From: Eledone cirrhosa
Lineage: Eukaryota
Direction: 5' to 3'
Assembly: GCA_964016885.1 (NCBI GenBank)
Contig: OZ024747.1
Coordinates: 81,840,001-81,904,000, forward strand
DNA length: 64,000 bases
Every line of letters begins with the position of its first letter. Position 1 is the first letter of the stretch. The notes beneath the pieces are model-generated. The model searched no databases and was not told where the DNA came from. It saw only the letters and a list, made by a program, of their open reading frames with translations. The translations under genes were made by a program, and so were the position numbers. Shown here piece by piece: positions 46,071 through 60,556 of this stretch.

Positions 46071-46210
46071 CAGAGAGAGATTCATATATATAAGTATGTA
46101 TACATACATACATATATGTATACAGACGAAATTTTGTTTTATTTTTTTCTATATATATATATATATATATACGCACACATAATCATATATACATACATAC
46201 ATATATACAC

Positions 46211-46340
46211 GATGATTGCTTCATCTTTGCAGATGATTGCCGTCTCCCTATGCACCCCAATCAACCATCACCAAATCCAAGCGTCCGTATGGCCCCTTAG
46301 GTGGCTTTTAAGTCCAGCATTAGATTTGCACGATCTGCAC
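46211..46340 (-). mobile_element. 3' tip of C2H2-finger RTE family
   Basis: Translates [17 protein letters not shown], then stop and a terminal hairpin region. Confidence 0.65.
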
Positions 46341-47279
46341 ATATACAGACAAATGTACATTTATACATATATACATACATACAAATGTACATTTATACAT
46401 ATATACATACATACAAATGTACATTCATACATATATACATACATACAAATGTACATATATACATACATATATATGGAGAGAGGTGGAGATAGAGCAACAG
46501 TCATATGTTTCACATATATTTATATATAAATATATCATTATCATGGCTGCCTTTCAAAGCTTGTATGGATTAGACAAGTCCACTTCAGTACAGTATTTAT
46601 TTTATCATCTCTGTTCTAAGGTTTTATTTCCTGAGTTCAGCTTTCACCACCTTTGTCCACATCTTTCTTCATCCATGATTCATTACTATTGTTCACATAA
46701 GACTGAACATCTGGGAAAATGTTGCTGCTACATACACAAAGATAACTTCACAACTAAAAGAAAGCCAAATTCCTACATCCTGTCAACCATAGAGGCACTG
46801 TTTCTTCTCAATGCCTTTTCTTGTGCTACAGCAATGATATCTGTTTTCCATACTCCTTTTATGAAGGCTCATTTGAGACAATTGTGTATGTCCCCACCCC
46901 TTGTTTTCTCCATTGTATATCAATTACTCCTCATGTTAATCATTAAACACTTTGCCTAATTGTTTCTCTTCACAATAGAATTCTCTAATATTCTTTCCTA
47001 GTAACATCAACACAAAGATGTTCAAACTGACCTTTACTAACATGAATTTCCCCAAATTTACATCACACAAACAATAGATATCACAGTTCCTCCTCTTACA
47101 AATGCATAACAAATTAATATTAGATTACATTCACGTCACCAACCTTGAAACTATAGATACACTTCGAAGTTTCTAAATTAATACATTGTTTTATTCTTAG
47201 ACACACGTGGTAAATAAACCACTTTTATATTGAACTAATTAGGTATATTTTGATACTTATCATAGATGAGGAGAACACC

Positions 47280-47590
47280 CTTAGGTCATGACTGTTGATG
47301 AATTTGCACCTGGAATATTCTTCTCTGGGGTGCAAGCATGGGCATGGTGTTTTCTGGAAGACCAACAATCACCTAGGCATGTTAATATCCCATCTTAATG
47401 CTACTGATGTTTTCTAAGTGAAATGCAAAGGTTGATACTGTTTGGCATCAGTGTTGTTGCAACTGGATCAGAACAATGTGAAATAAAATGTCTATCTCAA
47501 GTACACAATGCCCACCCAGCCAGCTCAGGATTCAAACTCATAACCTTATGATTGCGAGCACAACATTCTAACCACTAAGCCATGCTCTTT
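47280..47590 (-). mobile_element. Older tRNA-derived CORE-like SINE
   Basis: GCATGGCTTAGTGGTTAG A-box, GAGTTTGAATCC B-box, then TGTGTACTTGAG..AGACATTTTATTTC CORE-like block. Confidence 0.7.
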
Positions 47591-48461
47591 CTCTACTTTA
47601 CATTTTACATGAGATATATAACCCTTTGAACAACTCCAGCTATATATAAATTGTTTGTTCAAGATTTGCTCAAATATTGAACAACTTTGACCATGTAAAT
47701 TAAGAGTCATTAAGGAAAGTTTTAATGAATACATGACCTACAGCAAAGATGTATACAATGCATCAAATGAAATTAATTTTTATGAAAATATCGCTGAATT
47801 ATTTAGAATTCTTAGAAGATTAATTTGTAAATATACACATAAGAATTTGATTATTTCAACTTATTTTTCTTTTATACATGTGGCCCATACAGGAATATTT
47901 CATTAGCATCCTGTTCTTAAACCATCACATCAAAATCTCAATATGCTTCCTGGTAATAGAGTAGCTTATTATCATACTAACAATTAACAACACTTTATCT
48001 AATTAATCTAGATCAAATGGTGTTTTGGTCACATCTCAGTGGGAGTAGATGCATTTTTAAAGTCTTTATCTAATTTAAAAGTTAATCAATACTGCATTGA
48101 TAACAAACTAATTATTTCCTTCAAAAGTTCTGAATTTAAGTATGGGTAGTGATCTATGTTCTAGCAAGTATGCCAGTAGATCCTCATTAGAAATTACTAA
48201 AATTTCTTGTTGCACAAACTTTCATTTTACTTACTACTATGCTAATTGCACCAAGGCCTTTCAATACTAAGCTGTATATTAAGTTATAGCGCTTAAGTTT
48301 CTATAGTGTGTACATGCATGCATATCATCATGATCCCCATTTTACATCCATCTTTCTATACTTGAATATAAACAGACACACAAGATACATCTGACACTAT
48401 TTTATCCTATTGTCTCTAACAAATTTATTTCATTCTTTTACTTGGCCATGGTGATTTAGTC

Positions 48462-48751
48462 CAGGCATGGGCAACCTTTTTTGAGAAGCAGGTCGCATGA
48501 GATATGGTTCATCATCAGGCAGGCCACAAGCACTAATTTACATTCGTGCCCACATAAAAAAAGGGTAGTAACTCAAGTTGTTTTAATTTATTTCTTCAGA
48601 ATTCGTACACGTTATTTTCCTCAATTATAAAAATGGTAGAAAGATAAATTACCACTGAAAAGTTGGGGTAAAAAAAATCAGAAAGATTTCATTTAGGTGA
48701 TTTAGGCGAGCCATTCAGAAAGCTACGAGGGCCACAGGTTACTCATGACTG
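48462..48751. mobile_element. Non-autonomous hAT (Charlie-like) MITE
   Basis: TIRs CAGGCATGGGCAACC / GGTTACTCATGACTG; 8-bp TSD ATTTAGTC / GTTTAGTC. Confidence 0.8.
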
Positions 48752-50039
48752 GTTTAGTCCATATATCAACTTTCAATTTATTTTCACGCTGGTACCTTTT
48801 TCTTTTTGTGTGTGTGGGTCTCTATTTATCAAATGAATATGTTATGTTTTACATTGTCTTCTACAATATTCTCAGATTGAGCAATGTCTTGCAAGTGGAA
48901 TTTAGCAAACAAAAACTGCAGAAGCTCATTGTATGTATATATGTGTGTGTGTGGTGTTGTGTGTGGTGTGGTGTTGTGTGTGGTGTGGTGTGTGTATGGT
49001 GTGTGTTGTATGGTGTGTGTTGTATGGTGTGTGTGTTGTGTAGTGTGTGGTGTGGTGTGTATGGTGCAGTGTGTGGTGTGTGTGCATTTGTTGATTGGCC
49101 AGGATACATTAGTATATGACCTTATAAAAAAACTGGAGAGTGGAATTGCTTGGTTGAAATGTTGTAAATATTAAAAAGATGTATTTAAGTGAATCAAAAC
49201 ATCTTTGCCAATAATCTAGTAAAATGGTTAATGTGTAGGATATTACAGACTAAAGACTTTGTTATTGACAATGTATATGAATTATAGTTTATATATCATG
49301 AGTAATCTGTATATAGTTTGGTATGTAGTGTGCTGTAATATATACAAAATTGATATTTATCTTATTACCTAGAATATACACTGATGGCATAAATTTCCCT
49401 TAAATCAATTACCAGTGATCAAGGAGAAGATAGGTAAAAGAATAAAGTTAGTTTTATATCACCTTTGTAATGGTGTAAGATAAAAGTTATATGAGCAAAC
49501 AAAAATATAGATCAAAGAACCGAATTTACAGTTGTTGAAGCGACATTAACTCAATGTTTGCTATACATATAGTGTTTGCCTCTTGCAAGACAAAATCTTT
49601 AACAACAATCTTCTCATAGCACGAAAATGAATAGCAGTCAAGTGGAGTCAATTGACTGTAATGCCTTTTCCTCTCTATCGGTAAGAGTCTCATTTATCAG
49701 AAGAAAGTCCTCATACCATAAGTTCCATATGTCTCAATTTTATTCTACACCTTACAAGATTATTGGGCTATCAAAGACTATGTATAATTAGAAAAGGTTA
49801 TGTAGAAACTAAAGCATAAGTACTGAATAAAGCAAACAGTGCTGATAGTAACAAAGGTTTGAACCTGTGAGCTGGTAAAATAAAAGGAACTATTTCAGAA
49901 TGTATTATTAACACTTATGATGCCAACACAGCCAAAACCAGCTCTAGGTCTATGAAAAAGACATCCATATCAAAAAGTTCTTATTTAAATCTATCAACAT
50001 AATTCTATATAATTTAGCCTAGAGCTGAAAAGCTTAAAA

Positions 50040-51378
50040 GTAAATTTAGCAAAGACAAAAATCTTAATAAGAAAGAAAGAAGACAGGAAGGTGATACCAT
50101 CAGGAAAGTGAACTTGTTCATTATGTCACAAAGGGTTGGGCAGAAATTCCATAAGGTGCACTCAATGTAAACTATAGATGCTATATGCAGCAGATGCGCA
50201 AAGAGAACATGTGAAATAGATTCCCCTCAGCTCCCAGAGGAGCTCTCCAAAAGTTTTCAACAGATTTTACTACCTAAGCGATCAAATTAGTAATTGGGGA
50301 AGGTGTACTGAAATTGTGATAGTTAAGATAAGAACAGGCTGGAAAAGGTTTAGATATCTATTATGGCTGCTAACATTAAAAAGCTTTTCTCTCAGCATGA
50401 AGGATAGACTGTATGATGCCTGTGTGCAAACTGCAATGCTACATGGCAGTGAAATATGGACCTTCACTGCAGAAGACCTGTGGAGGCTAGAAAGAAATGA
50501 AATGAGTATGCTCTGATGGATGTGTAATGTTAATGTGCATGAGTGACATAGCATAAGCAAACTGAGGAAAAAAACTTGGCATAAGAGGAATTGTAGTGAG
50601 CAAGAGAGAAGACTGCACTGGTATGGACATGTGATGTGTATGGAAGATAGCAGCTACATAAAGAAATGCAGAGAAACCCCAGTGGCTTGGACCCATGGAA
50701 GAGGCAGACCAAGAAAGACATGGGATGAGGTTGGGAAGACTGACTTTAAAAAACTAAACCGCACAACAGAAATGACTAAAGATCGTGAGGGCTGGCACTA
50801 TGCAGAGCTGAAGAAGACCCAACCTGCAGCATACAATGTGACCTCACCTAGCCCTATGCTTGCTCTTTCACTAGCCCTTCCTAACAGTTATTCTCAACCT
50901 TACTACTTCAACCACACCATGCAAGTTCCCCCACATTCCTAACAGCTGTCACCTTGCTCCCTTGTGAAGTGGTTGGTGATGGGAAGAGCCTTCAACCATG
51001 GAGGGCTTGCATAACAAAGTGTCGGGAGGACCCTTCAGTCATGTCATGGATATGACAGCCTCCCTAGTGTTGACAATCTCCATTATAAATGTACTCAGTA
51101 CAAACTGTAAAGTAGTTTGTGATAGGAAGGACATCCAGCCATAGAAAACATGCTAAACAAAGGGTCAGGAGGACCCTCAATTGTGTCAAAGACATGATAA
51201 CCTCTCCTGTACATACAGTGAAACATGGGACCATACATAAGTGAAACAGAGATTCCTTGCCTGCCTATGAGATCAGTGGCTCCGCTTCAGTATTAACTTG
51301 GTCTGTGTGGTCCCACGCAACTCTTGCTAGCACAGAAAGCAGACATTAAAACAATAATGATGATGATGATAATGATGT
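50040..51378 (+). mobile_element. Decayed RTE LINE (PHD-containing lineage) with 3' UTR and (GAT)n tail
   Basis: [39 protein letters not shown]; UTR has two diverged AGGAAGGGCATCCAG-like units. Confidence 0.8.
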
Positions 51379-53010
51379 TAAATTAATTATTTCATTACTC
51401 AGATAATTTTAGTGAATCCCTCAAAATTCTTCAGAAAAGGGATAATAAACTGAAATTGAATCTACAAGGCAGTTTAATTCAAAAGCTTCCTATTTTATTC
51501 TCAATGCTTCACTACATCTTTTATTATAGAAGCATTTATCTTAATTTGAGGAAAAGAGAAGCCAGTATGTCAGCTTGTTATTAGAGATATGCAGAAATTA
51601 GTTTATTGAGAAAATGATGAGCCCCAGATGATGCAATGAAGTGATGTAGAAGAAATTGTTGAGGTAAGACAGTTTATAGTGCCTCATTTCTCTATCAACT
51701 GACAAAAGAGTAAATAGATGCACTGAATGCATAGTTTAAAAATGAAAGAACTTTATGATAGCAATTAGAGCTTTGATGAAAACTTGCATGATTATTTCTT
51801 AATTATAGATACTTTAATCAAGATAAGCTTTCATTAAAGTGAAATTATATTAAGTTGAAAGAGCAGGGAAAGCAATTTTATACCATGAATAAAAGAAATA
51901 TTGTCAAATTGAAAGTTTTTAAAATTCAATATGGTTGATATATGCTTCATCTCTTTCATCACATTCACACAATTTGATCGAGCAAAATCATGGCAGTTTC
52001 TAAATTGGAAATTTTAACATTGCTCTTTTCCTCAAGTTGATGTTTGCCATTAATATTTACTGGTTTTAGTTTTTAATAAATATAAGAGTAAAAAAAAGAT
52101 GAAGGCTTCATATGTTTTTCCAAACTAGAATTTTAATTTAGCTCACAAAACATAAGTTTAAATAGATTTGTTTAATTTATTTATTGAAAACATATTTACA
52201 TTATAATATTTTCCTATGCTCATAATGTGTTTGATAAGTTATGCAGATGTAAAGCATTTTGCATGAATTGTCAAAGTAAATACTATTACAACTGGATGTT
52301 TTCCAAAAAAGTTCCCTAACCAACTACTACTTTACTCTTAAGTAGCAGTTAAAACAGTGATTTTATAGCTTGGAAGACTGAATAATAAGCAATATCAGAA
52401 TTCAAAATCAGATACTCAACCATTTAAGCTCCCGAGTAACTTGGTTAAAACAGATAAGGTTTTGCAGGAGAAATGCCACTAAATTGAATATTATGAAAAC
52501 AAAAAATAGATGCTTTAATTTATCATTTAGTCAGTGAGATTAATGTAATCTAAGTTCTAAAACTTGGACAGGTATTTAGAGTTTAAAGTATATTCCAGAG
52601 ATATGTAGTTTGGGATTGAGAAGATTGATCAAACTACTTAGTTTGGACATAGTGAGTGCAACAAAGTAGGAAGGTGAGTGGTAGACAGATGTGTGGATTG
52701 TGTGATGCTTCAGTGGAAAGGGTACACAGTTTACTAGTTCAGAGATGTAGAATCATTACCGAAACAGCAGAAAGAGACATAAAGACAAAATACTATGTCT
52801 AATACTACTGGCATTACCAATCAGTCAGCTATTCTTTATTTTCCTTATAATCTACGTTAAGGTGATTATGTTAAAGACAACATATGAATTTGAATTTTTG
52901 TTTTAATTCTATTCTTATTTTAATATAGAAATATATAGATGTACTACCATAAGAAACATTGGACTGTAGTTATGGGCCATTTTGTTTTGTATTAACACAA
53001 CTGTCTTTGC

Positions 53011-53251
53011 ATTATTTTTCCAGGTAACTGGATAATGTTAAAAAACAGTTACCTGGAAAAATAATCTTATATAGGCACAAGACCAGCAATTTGGGAGGAG
53101 GGGAAGTCAATTAAATCGACCCCAGTGCGTGAATAAAGTACCAGTCATGCACTGGGATCGATTTAATCGACGTTCCGCTCCTCACAAATTGCTGGTCTTG
53201 TGCCTATATATGAAACCATTATTTTTTCAGGTAACTGTTTTTTTAACATTT
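53011..53251. repeat. Fold-back of a SINE 3' end together with its flank
   Basis: 53034-53128 is the approximate reverse complement of 53149-53250; ATTATTTTTCCAGGTAACTG also occurs directly at 53011-53030. Confidence 0.75.
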
Positions 53252-54489
53252 CCAGACAGTATTTATTTATATTTCATCAATATCTACAGATAATATATTT
53301 CTTTCTATTTATTTAGCCATAAGCTAGGTAAATAGAAAGAATATCTGTCACTTCAACATCTACAGGCCATGTCTCTCCCACACATTTCTACAGACAGAAC
53401 CCATTTATCTATCTATCTAGCCTAAAATCCATAAGCCATTTGTTTATCTATATAGATAACATCCATATGCCATATCTGCTCAACATCTACAAGCAACCCA
53501 TTTCTATCTATCTATCAAGTTGACAATTAAAAGCTCCAATTCCTTCACTGTTTAAACTCACCTGTGCTAGCTATGTGGCAGATACCTTCAGGCCAACACA
53601 TCTTTGTATACCATTTTATTCTATACTTTTGTTTGGTTCATATCAAGAGGATATATATATATACATATATTCTGTTATGCAATAAATAATTCTGTGCATT
53701 GTGTATATGTACAAATGTGTGATGATTTCTCATGTTACTCTAATCCATTAAACATTGCCAACATGTGAGATATTTTAGTTTTATATTTTTGTTCTGTTGG
53801 TTATTTATTTTCTTATATTGATGAACCTCTTCCAGGTATAATTGTGAATAACATATTTACAATGCAATCCCAGCTTTGGATCTTGCTAAAATGCCAAATG
53901 ACATAAAGCTATTCCAAGAGCCAATGTGTTGGAACTAGCTAGTGCATTATCTCACATGAAATCATTTGCTCATCCTTCTTCCTGTAAATATAAGCCTGGT
54001 GAAGCATGTACCTCATTTGTTTGCTTGTGAATCCAGAAACTAAGTATTCATCTATAAAGGCTTCAAATTTTTCCTAAATTTTCCCTTTCATTCAAACTGT
54101 TGTGTTATTTCATTATACAGAATCTTTTGAAAACTCTAGATGCTCCCATATATTCTACATGGCTGATCTATGTATACTGTGTTTTGATTAGAAAAGTTTT
54201 GATTTCACTTAGTTTTCTATTGGTGAATATATTGCTGTTCCTATACTTATTTCACTGTGGTTTACAGTCAGGATCTCATATCTTCCTTCTTTATGATCTA
54301 TAAATATGATGAACTGACAGAGTTGTTAGAACATTCGATAGAATGCTCTGCAATAGTTGTTTCAGCTCTCCGTGTTCTGAGTTCAAATCCCAGTACCAGT
54401 CCCATACTGGAACCAATTCTTCCTCGATATCTCTTTCTATCTATCTCTCACTCTCCTGCTCTGAAAGAAATCACCTCTGTTCTGTATGA

Positions 54490-54980
54490 GACAACTCGTC
54501 TAACCCATGCTAGCATGGAAAAATGGATGTTAAACGGTGATGATAATGATATCATCATCATCATCTTTTAACGTCTATCTTCCATGCTAGCATGAGTTTA
54601 GACGGGAATTGTCCCACGTGAGGCAAGATTGGTTGTCTTGCTCGTATAGGACTGTCTGACGGGTTTTCTACGGCTGGATGCGCTTCCTAACACCAACCAC
54701 GTTTACAGTGTGGACTGGGAGGTTTTTACCGTGTTACCTACACGGCCACATTACAGCGTGGACTGTGTGTTTTTTTGTCGTGACACCTACACATCTGGCG
54801 GGTTTTCTACGGCTGGATGCCCTTCCTAACACCAACCAGGTTTACAGTGTGGACTGGGAGGTTTTTACCGTGTTACCTACACGGCCACATTACAGCATGG
54901 ACTGTGTGTTTTTTTGTCGTGACACCTACACAACCTCATTTATTTAGGACTGGATGTTGTGGCACCAACATAACTTTACA

Positions 54981-54982
<2 letters not shown>
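54490..54982. mobile_element. Two RTE 3' ends tail-to-tail; the minus copy carries a 139-bp tandem duplication
   Basis: (GAT)n meets (ATC)n at ~54550; repeat units begin at 54655 and 54794. Confidence 0.85.
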
Positions 54983-55013
<31 letters not shown>

Positions 55014-55563
55014 AATATGTATAGAGAGAGAGAGATAGTTGGGGCTGAGATAGGGACAAGGAGAGAGAGAGAGGAAGATAGTGGGGTCTGAGATAGGGAT
55101 AAAGAGGGAGAGAGAGAAAGGCGGTAGACAAGTGTGTACATGTATATATTGAGAGATATAGAAGAGATTTACATACAAACAAACCTACACATACCCAGAC
55201 AAACACACAGTATCAGTGTTGGGAATTCAATGACAATAAACAGCACTATTATTTTTGGATATGGCAACCAGCTGATATCAATCTTACCATTATACATATC
55301 TATATATATTTGCATAACTGATAGATTTTTTCTGCTTTATTACAACCATAACTGAAGGATCTTGGAAGATTCAATGTTTTTTTCTTTGCTCACTATTGTA
55401 GCACAAGGAATCTAAAAACATTTTGTAATCTTTCTGAATTTATGTAAAATCCTACACAATGAATATATCAATATAGAAATTATTTTGAATGGTATTTTTA
55501 TTTAATGGTGATGTTTTTGTAATATATTATTATACTGTGTCATATTATGAATTTTGCTGATGG

Positions 55564-55745
55564 GCGGTGGATTGGCAGTATCAGTAGAGGTCGGACGCCA
55601 TGCTTTCCAGCATAGTTACGTCCCTTTACGATCTGAGTTCAAATCCCGCCGAGGTTGACTTTGCCTTTCATCCTTACGGGGTCGATAAAATAAAGTACCA
55701 GTAATGAACTGGGTATTTGCTGGCCTTGTGCCTAAAGTAGCAACA
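55564..55745 (+). mobile_element. tRNA-derived SINE (short-tail variant) with 20-bp TSD
   Basis: ATTATGAATTTTGCTGATGG at 55544-55563 and 55746-55765; A and B boxes; central domain. Confidence 0.9.
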
Positions 55746-56256
55746 ATTATGAATTTTGCTGATGGTGATGTTGCAGTTGGCAGAAATGTTGTCAATTGTT
55801 ATTTTTAATGCACATGTAAATCCAGATTGAGCAGGCTTACAACCAAAGACAGTCTAGCTGTGATCATACTGTTTTCTTAAAGGTATGAAGGATTATATAT
55901 TTGCTTTGCATATGTTCTGTTCTTTTAAGATTGTAGGTAGGATGTGGTTTCATGGAGGGTTAACTGTAATTTCTAACAGCTCAATTTAGATACTATTTTA
56001 TTTTGAGGTTCTTTTATTCATGTTGGCAATAAAGCTGATATTGAGGATGATAGTAGTGGTGGTGGCATAGTTGCTGTTGATGCTGATGTTCTAAGTGTAG
56101 GATATGTTGTTTGTGACAAAGTTTTTTTTCTTGATGATAGATGACTATGTTGTTTTAATAGAGAAAAATAAGAACATATGCAGACAAGCCACAACAAAAA
56201 GAAACCATTCCTTGAGTGACATGTTCTTTGTAGCTCTAATGCCACCAGAGTTTTAA

Positions 56257-56475
56257 CCCTTCATCATTCACATTATTCTATATTTACTATAGTATTTTCA
56301 CGGTAAACACTTTATCTTACATAATTATCTCATAATATCGAATCTATAAGATATTGATATTAGCTATTTTGAGAACAATACCTTAACATAAGTATAAACA
56401 GCTGGTTATGGCCCGTTTGAACAGAAAGAGGGGATAGAATTCTGGTCAGATATGGCCAGTTTAAATGCTAAAGGG
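56257..56475 (-). mobile_element. piggyBac-type MITE family A
   Basis: TTAA-CCCT ... TAAATGCTAAAGGG-TTAA; reverse orientation relative to 151-368. Confidence 0.78.
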
Positions 56476-58593
56476 TTAAATGATAAACACTGAGGCTGTG
56501 ACATGTGACAAATGGAAAAAAAAAAAAAAAAACAATAATAGGTTTTCTGAGGATGCTTATATGAACAAATCATCTGATTGTCCTATAGACAGAAACAAGT
56601 TATTCATGTAATACTCAGAGTATTTATTTTGTTATTATTATCATTTTACACCAATTTTTTCATGGGTGGAATGAGTCATTACAGACTAAGTCAGAATTTA
56701 ATCAGAGCTACTGTCCTCCTAGTTGGGTTGGATCCCCACATCTTGCTCAAAGCCTTCTATTTTCGGTATGGTTTCTATAGTCTGATGCCATTACTAACAC
56801 CAACACCTTTACACAGTGTATTAAGTGCATTTTATTATCGTTTTAACACTTGAGAGTTTGTCATATTCTAGAAGTGACTGAAGAGTCCTGGAATTATCTT
56901 ATATTTTAGGTTTCTGGCTTCACACACCACAAATTTGTCTTCTGTACAATCAGCTCAGATAAAAATCTACAAACAAAGATCTGGCTAACTGAAACTGAAA
57001 ATCTTATCAGCATAAATGCATTAATTCAATATGAAACAGTAAGCCTTTTTGCTTAACCCAGGTGTATCAGTTTTTTGTTTTTAAAATATAAATGATTAGT
57101 AGATGAGATTGTATTACCAATTTTCAGGTTTATCTATATTTTCTTAATATGCTTGGGACAATATTCTATATATCTAAAATCCATGGAAGTCTTAAGGAAG
57201 AATTGAACAGCAATATATTTGGAGAGATGCAAATTAGAAAAGCTACCAGACTTACATTATTACAAGAACAAACAGAAAATTGTAGCTGATAAAAAAAAGA
57301 AAAATTTTAATTCAACCCAAAACTAGAATAAATGGCATTAACAATAGTGATGTTATAGGCGGTCATGCTAGATGTAGCAGCTTTGCCAATGGAGAAAGCA
57401 TTGGTATTAGTAATAACAGGTTGATGTTGGGTTATAGTGTTGATCAGTGGGGTGGTTATGGTGAAGGCAGGGATCGGCAATTCTTTCCAAATCTCAAACT
57501 AAGCTCATAGCAGTGGCTAAAGTTTTAAAGTAACTAAAGCTATTAATTTATAGTATAAAACAAACTGAAACCAATAATTACTTTAAAATGGCTTAGAATC
57601 TTCATAAACAGCAGAACCCAACATTACCACAGATTTATTGAGACTTCTACTACCCCTCTTCCACTAGAATCATGTCAACATCTCTTAAGCTGGAATCAGC
57701 TTCCAATTCATAATTGATTACAATTTCTTTTATTTTGCAAACATATATACACATTCTCTACCCCTACTCTCCTACCACAAACACATAAATTCACCATCAC
57801 ATAGAAATAAGAGTTATTTGTAACTACCATTGAAAGTCAAAGAGAAAGATATGCTTAGGGACATAAATAAGTAATTCCTTACAATTAAGGCTATATAGAC
57901 AAAAGAATGATGGATGAAACATACACATACAAGTTTGTTTGTGTTTGTGTGTGTGTATGTGTACGTTTGTGTGTAATGAAATAAATGAATAAATAAATTC
58001 ATGGTGTAAAAATATAAGAACCAGTTCAGACAGAAGAACCAAATAGCAGACAGGGAAACATAGCTAATTATTCAACTCCTTCTTCTTAAATTACTTTTTG
58101 ATAGATAAATTTTTTCTCATTAAACTTACATAGCAGTATGCTTTTATTAGCATTGATTTTAGTGCCTAACATTCATAGTGAGACAACAATTACACTTCTA
58201 CTTTTTCAGGAACCGATTTCCAATATTTTTTAATTCTATATATATAGTCTGGTGTATATATAGATATTTAAGTGCTGAGTTTTGTGATTTGAGATTCTGA
58301 GTTAAACCTTTTATCATATTTCTAATGAAAGACACTGCCTACAATTTTCAGATAAGTTTGAGAATAATCAAGAATTTGTGGGATTATCAATATAACTAAT
58401 ATTCTCATTATTAAGCTGGTTTTTCGAACATGTCAAATATTCTTAGATAAAATTATGGGGGAAGATTTTTAAATGAATATAAACAAAGAGGTTTATTCAG
58501 AAGTTTTATTGAATTATTCATCCCTCAGAATTTGATAAATATTCTAAAAATTTATTGTCTTCTTTTTAACGGTCTCTATTCTTTACCCATTAA

Positions 58594-58802
58594 CTTTTTA
58601 GCATTTAAACTAAACATATCCGGCCAGAATTCTCCCACCTCTTTCTGTTTGCACCAGATGTAACTATCCACTCATACTGATGTTAAGGTATTGTCCTCAA
58701 AATGAATATTATCAAAAATCTCATAAATTCAGTATTATGTGAGATAAAGCCTTTACCATGAAAATACATTAGTACATATAGAGTAATGTAAATGCTAAAG
58801 GG
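58594..58802 (+). mobile_element. piggyBac-type MITE family A
   Basis: TTAA-CTTTTTAGCATTTA ... TAAATGCTAAAGGG-TTAA; internal GGCCAGAATTCTC block. Confidence 0.78.
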
Positions 58803-60374
58803 TTAAATATTAGTCTTGTAATTTTATTTAGAAAACGATGTTGCTATTTGTATTGTTATTGATTAAACACAAGTCAGTGATGATCCAGCAGAACTATGTT
58901 TAAAAGTGTTCCAGGCGTGACCATATCATTTTATTTACAATATAATGTATTCATGACTACATATCTACAAAATAGATGGATATATTGGGAGAGTTTATAG
59001 CTATTTCTATTGGCTTGAGCAACCAGACAGAAGCTTTTTCATTAGTTTGTGGTTGTTTGTATTATACAAAATGGTCGAGTAAGTATAGTTAGTTATGCCA
59101 GGGCACAGAATATCTTTTATGTTAACTATTTTGTTCCCTTACTTGACTATTTAAAATTTAGATTCTGCTAATGCAAAAAATGCCTTTTATTTCTTCAAAA
59201 TGAATGTTTGAGTACAGATATCGTTAATGAGATATGGTAATGAACTTTAAAAACAGATTTATCATAAGTAGTACTTATATATTGAGGTTAAATTAATCAA
59301 TTTCCATTCAGTTACAAATGTAGAAGGTAGATGATCTGCTTCAGGCTCAAACCACACTGACAACTTAACTATGATGAGGGTGAAGAGCTTTCATACCAGT
59401 GGGAAATCTGAAGCATATAATAATAATTATAGTGGTAGCAAAAGAGATCAGAGTGGTAGCTATTTTACAGTTAAGTAAATTGAGACAAATACAATAAGTG
59501 TCTTTACATTCTCTGTATTCCTAACAGTTTTGCTGACAACCAATCATCATATGGACAGAAAATCATATTTATTTCAGAGTTAGCTTGAATGAGGCAGATG
59601 ATTAAGCTATGAATTAAAACCTTCAATTATTATACTTTTACATTAAATGAAAGTAATCAAACTTGTATAAAAGAGTACTGGCCATTACTTATAATAAAAT
59701 TGAAAAATGTGTGTCTCCATTCACAAAAGGCAACTATTTATAGAGAATGAATAGGTAGTACATACTTCAGAAATATTTTGAAAGAGGAATACAGGAGAAG
59801 AAAGACAACGTGAATTCCAATGGACCAGTTTGAATTTCAGTAAAGTAAACATAAATGTGAAAAAAAGAAAATATAAATATCAATTTCTTTGATTCTACTT
59901 TTGGGTTTCTGTAATGGCTTCTAATTCAAAAACAGCAGTTATATCTGTATTAAATTTACCTTAAAATCTTCATATATCTGTGTAGAGGGGTATGCTTGTT
60001 ATATACATATATGTTATGTAAATTTCAAATTATCTTAATTTCATTCCACAAGTATTTATTGTTGTCCTTTCCTCCTTTACATTGCTACTCTAATGTTTTA
60101 CTCTATGTACACATATCTTGACAAGATTTCAAGAACCTTTCTCTTAAACATATCAACAATACTGCAATAAGAACACTTAGGTAATTCTGCATGAATCAGT
60201 AACTAAGATAAGATGTGTTCCGTATATATGTGGGATGTTTTGGTGTGTATGTGAGAGGGAATGATAATGGCAAAAATGTAACAATTGCTAATCATTAAGT
60301 CTTACCACACATACCTTGGTGACCCCATGAAGGTATAGTCTGATATAGATGTCATTTGGTGCTTTGTTAGATGG

Positions 60375-60471
60375 AGAGAGAGAGAGTGAGTGAGAGATAG
60401 AAAGAGTGTGAGATAAAGAAAAGAGAGATAGATAAAGCAAGAGATAGTGATAAAGAGAATGAGAGAGAGAG

Positions 60472-60556
<85 letters not shown>

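Noticed and set aside
51530-52680. Strong splice donors GAG|GTAAGA (51664) and AAG|GTGAGT (52674)
   Set aside because: Upstream frames contain stops and there is no other support for exons
53930-54095. Minus-strand exon-like frame EKFEAFIDEYLVSGFTSKQMR
   Set aside because: Context matches a decayed RTE C-terminus rather than a host exon
59331-59415. C/D snoRNA-like order ATGATCT..CTGA..ATGATGA..CTGA with an 8-bp inverted repeat
   Set aside because: First C box lacks the essential GA, the perfect C-D pair spans only 41 nt, and no convincing rRNA guide was recognised
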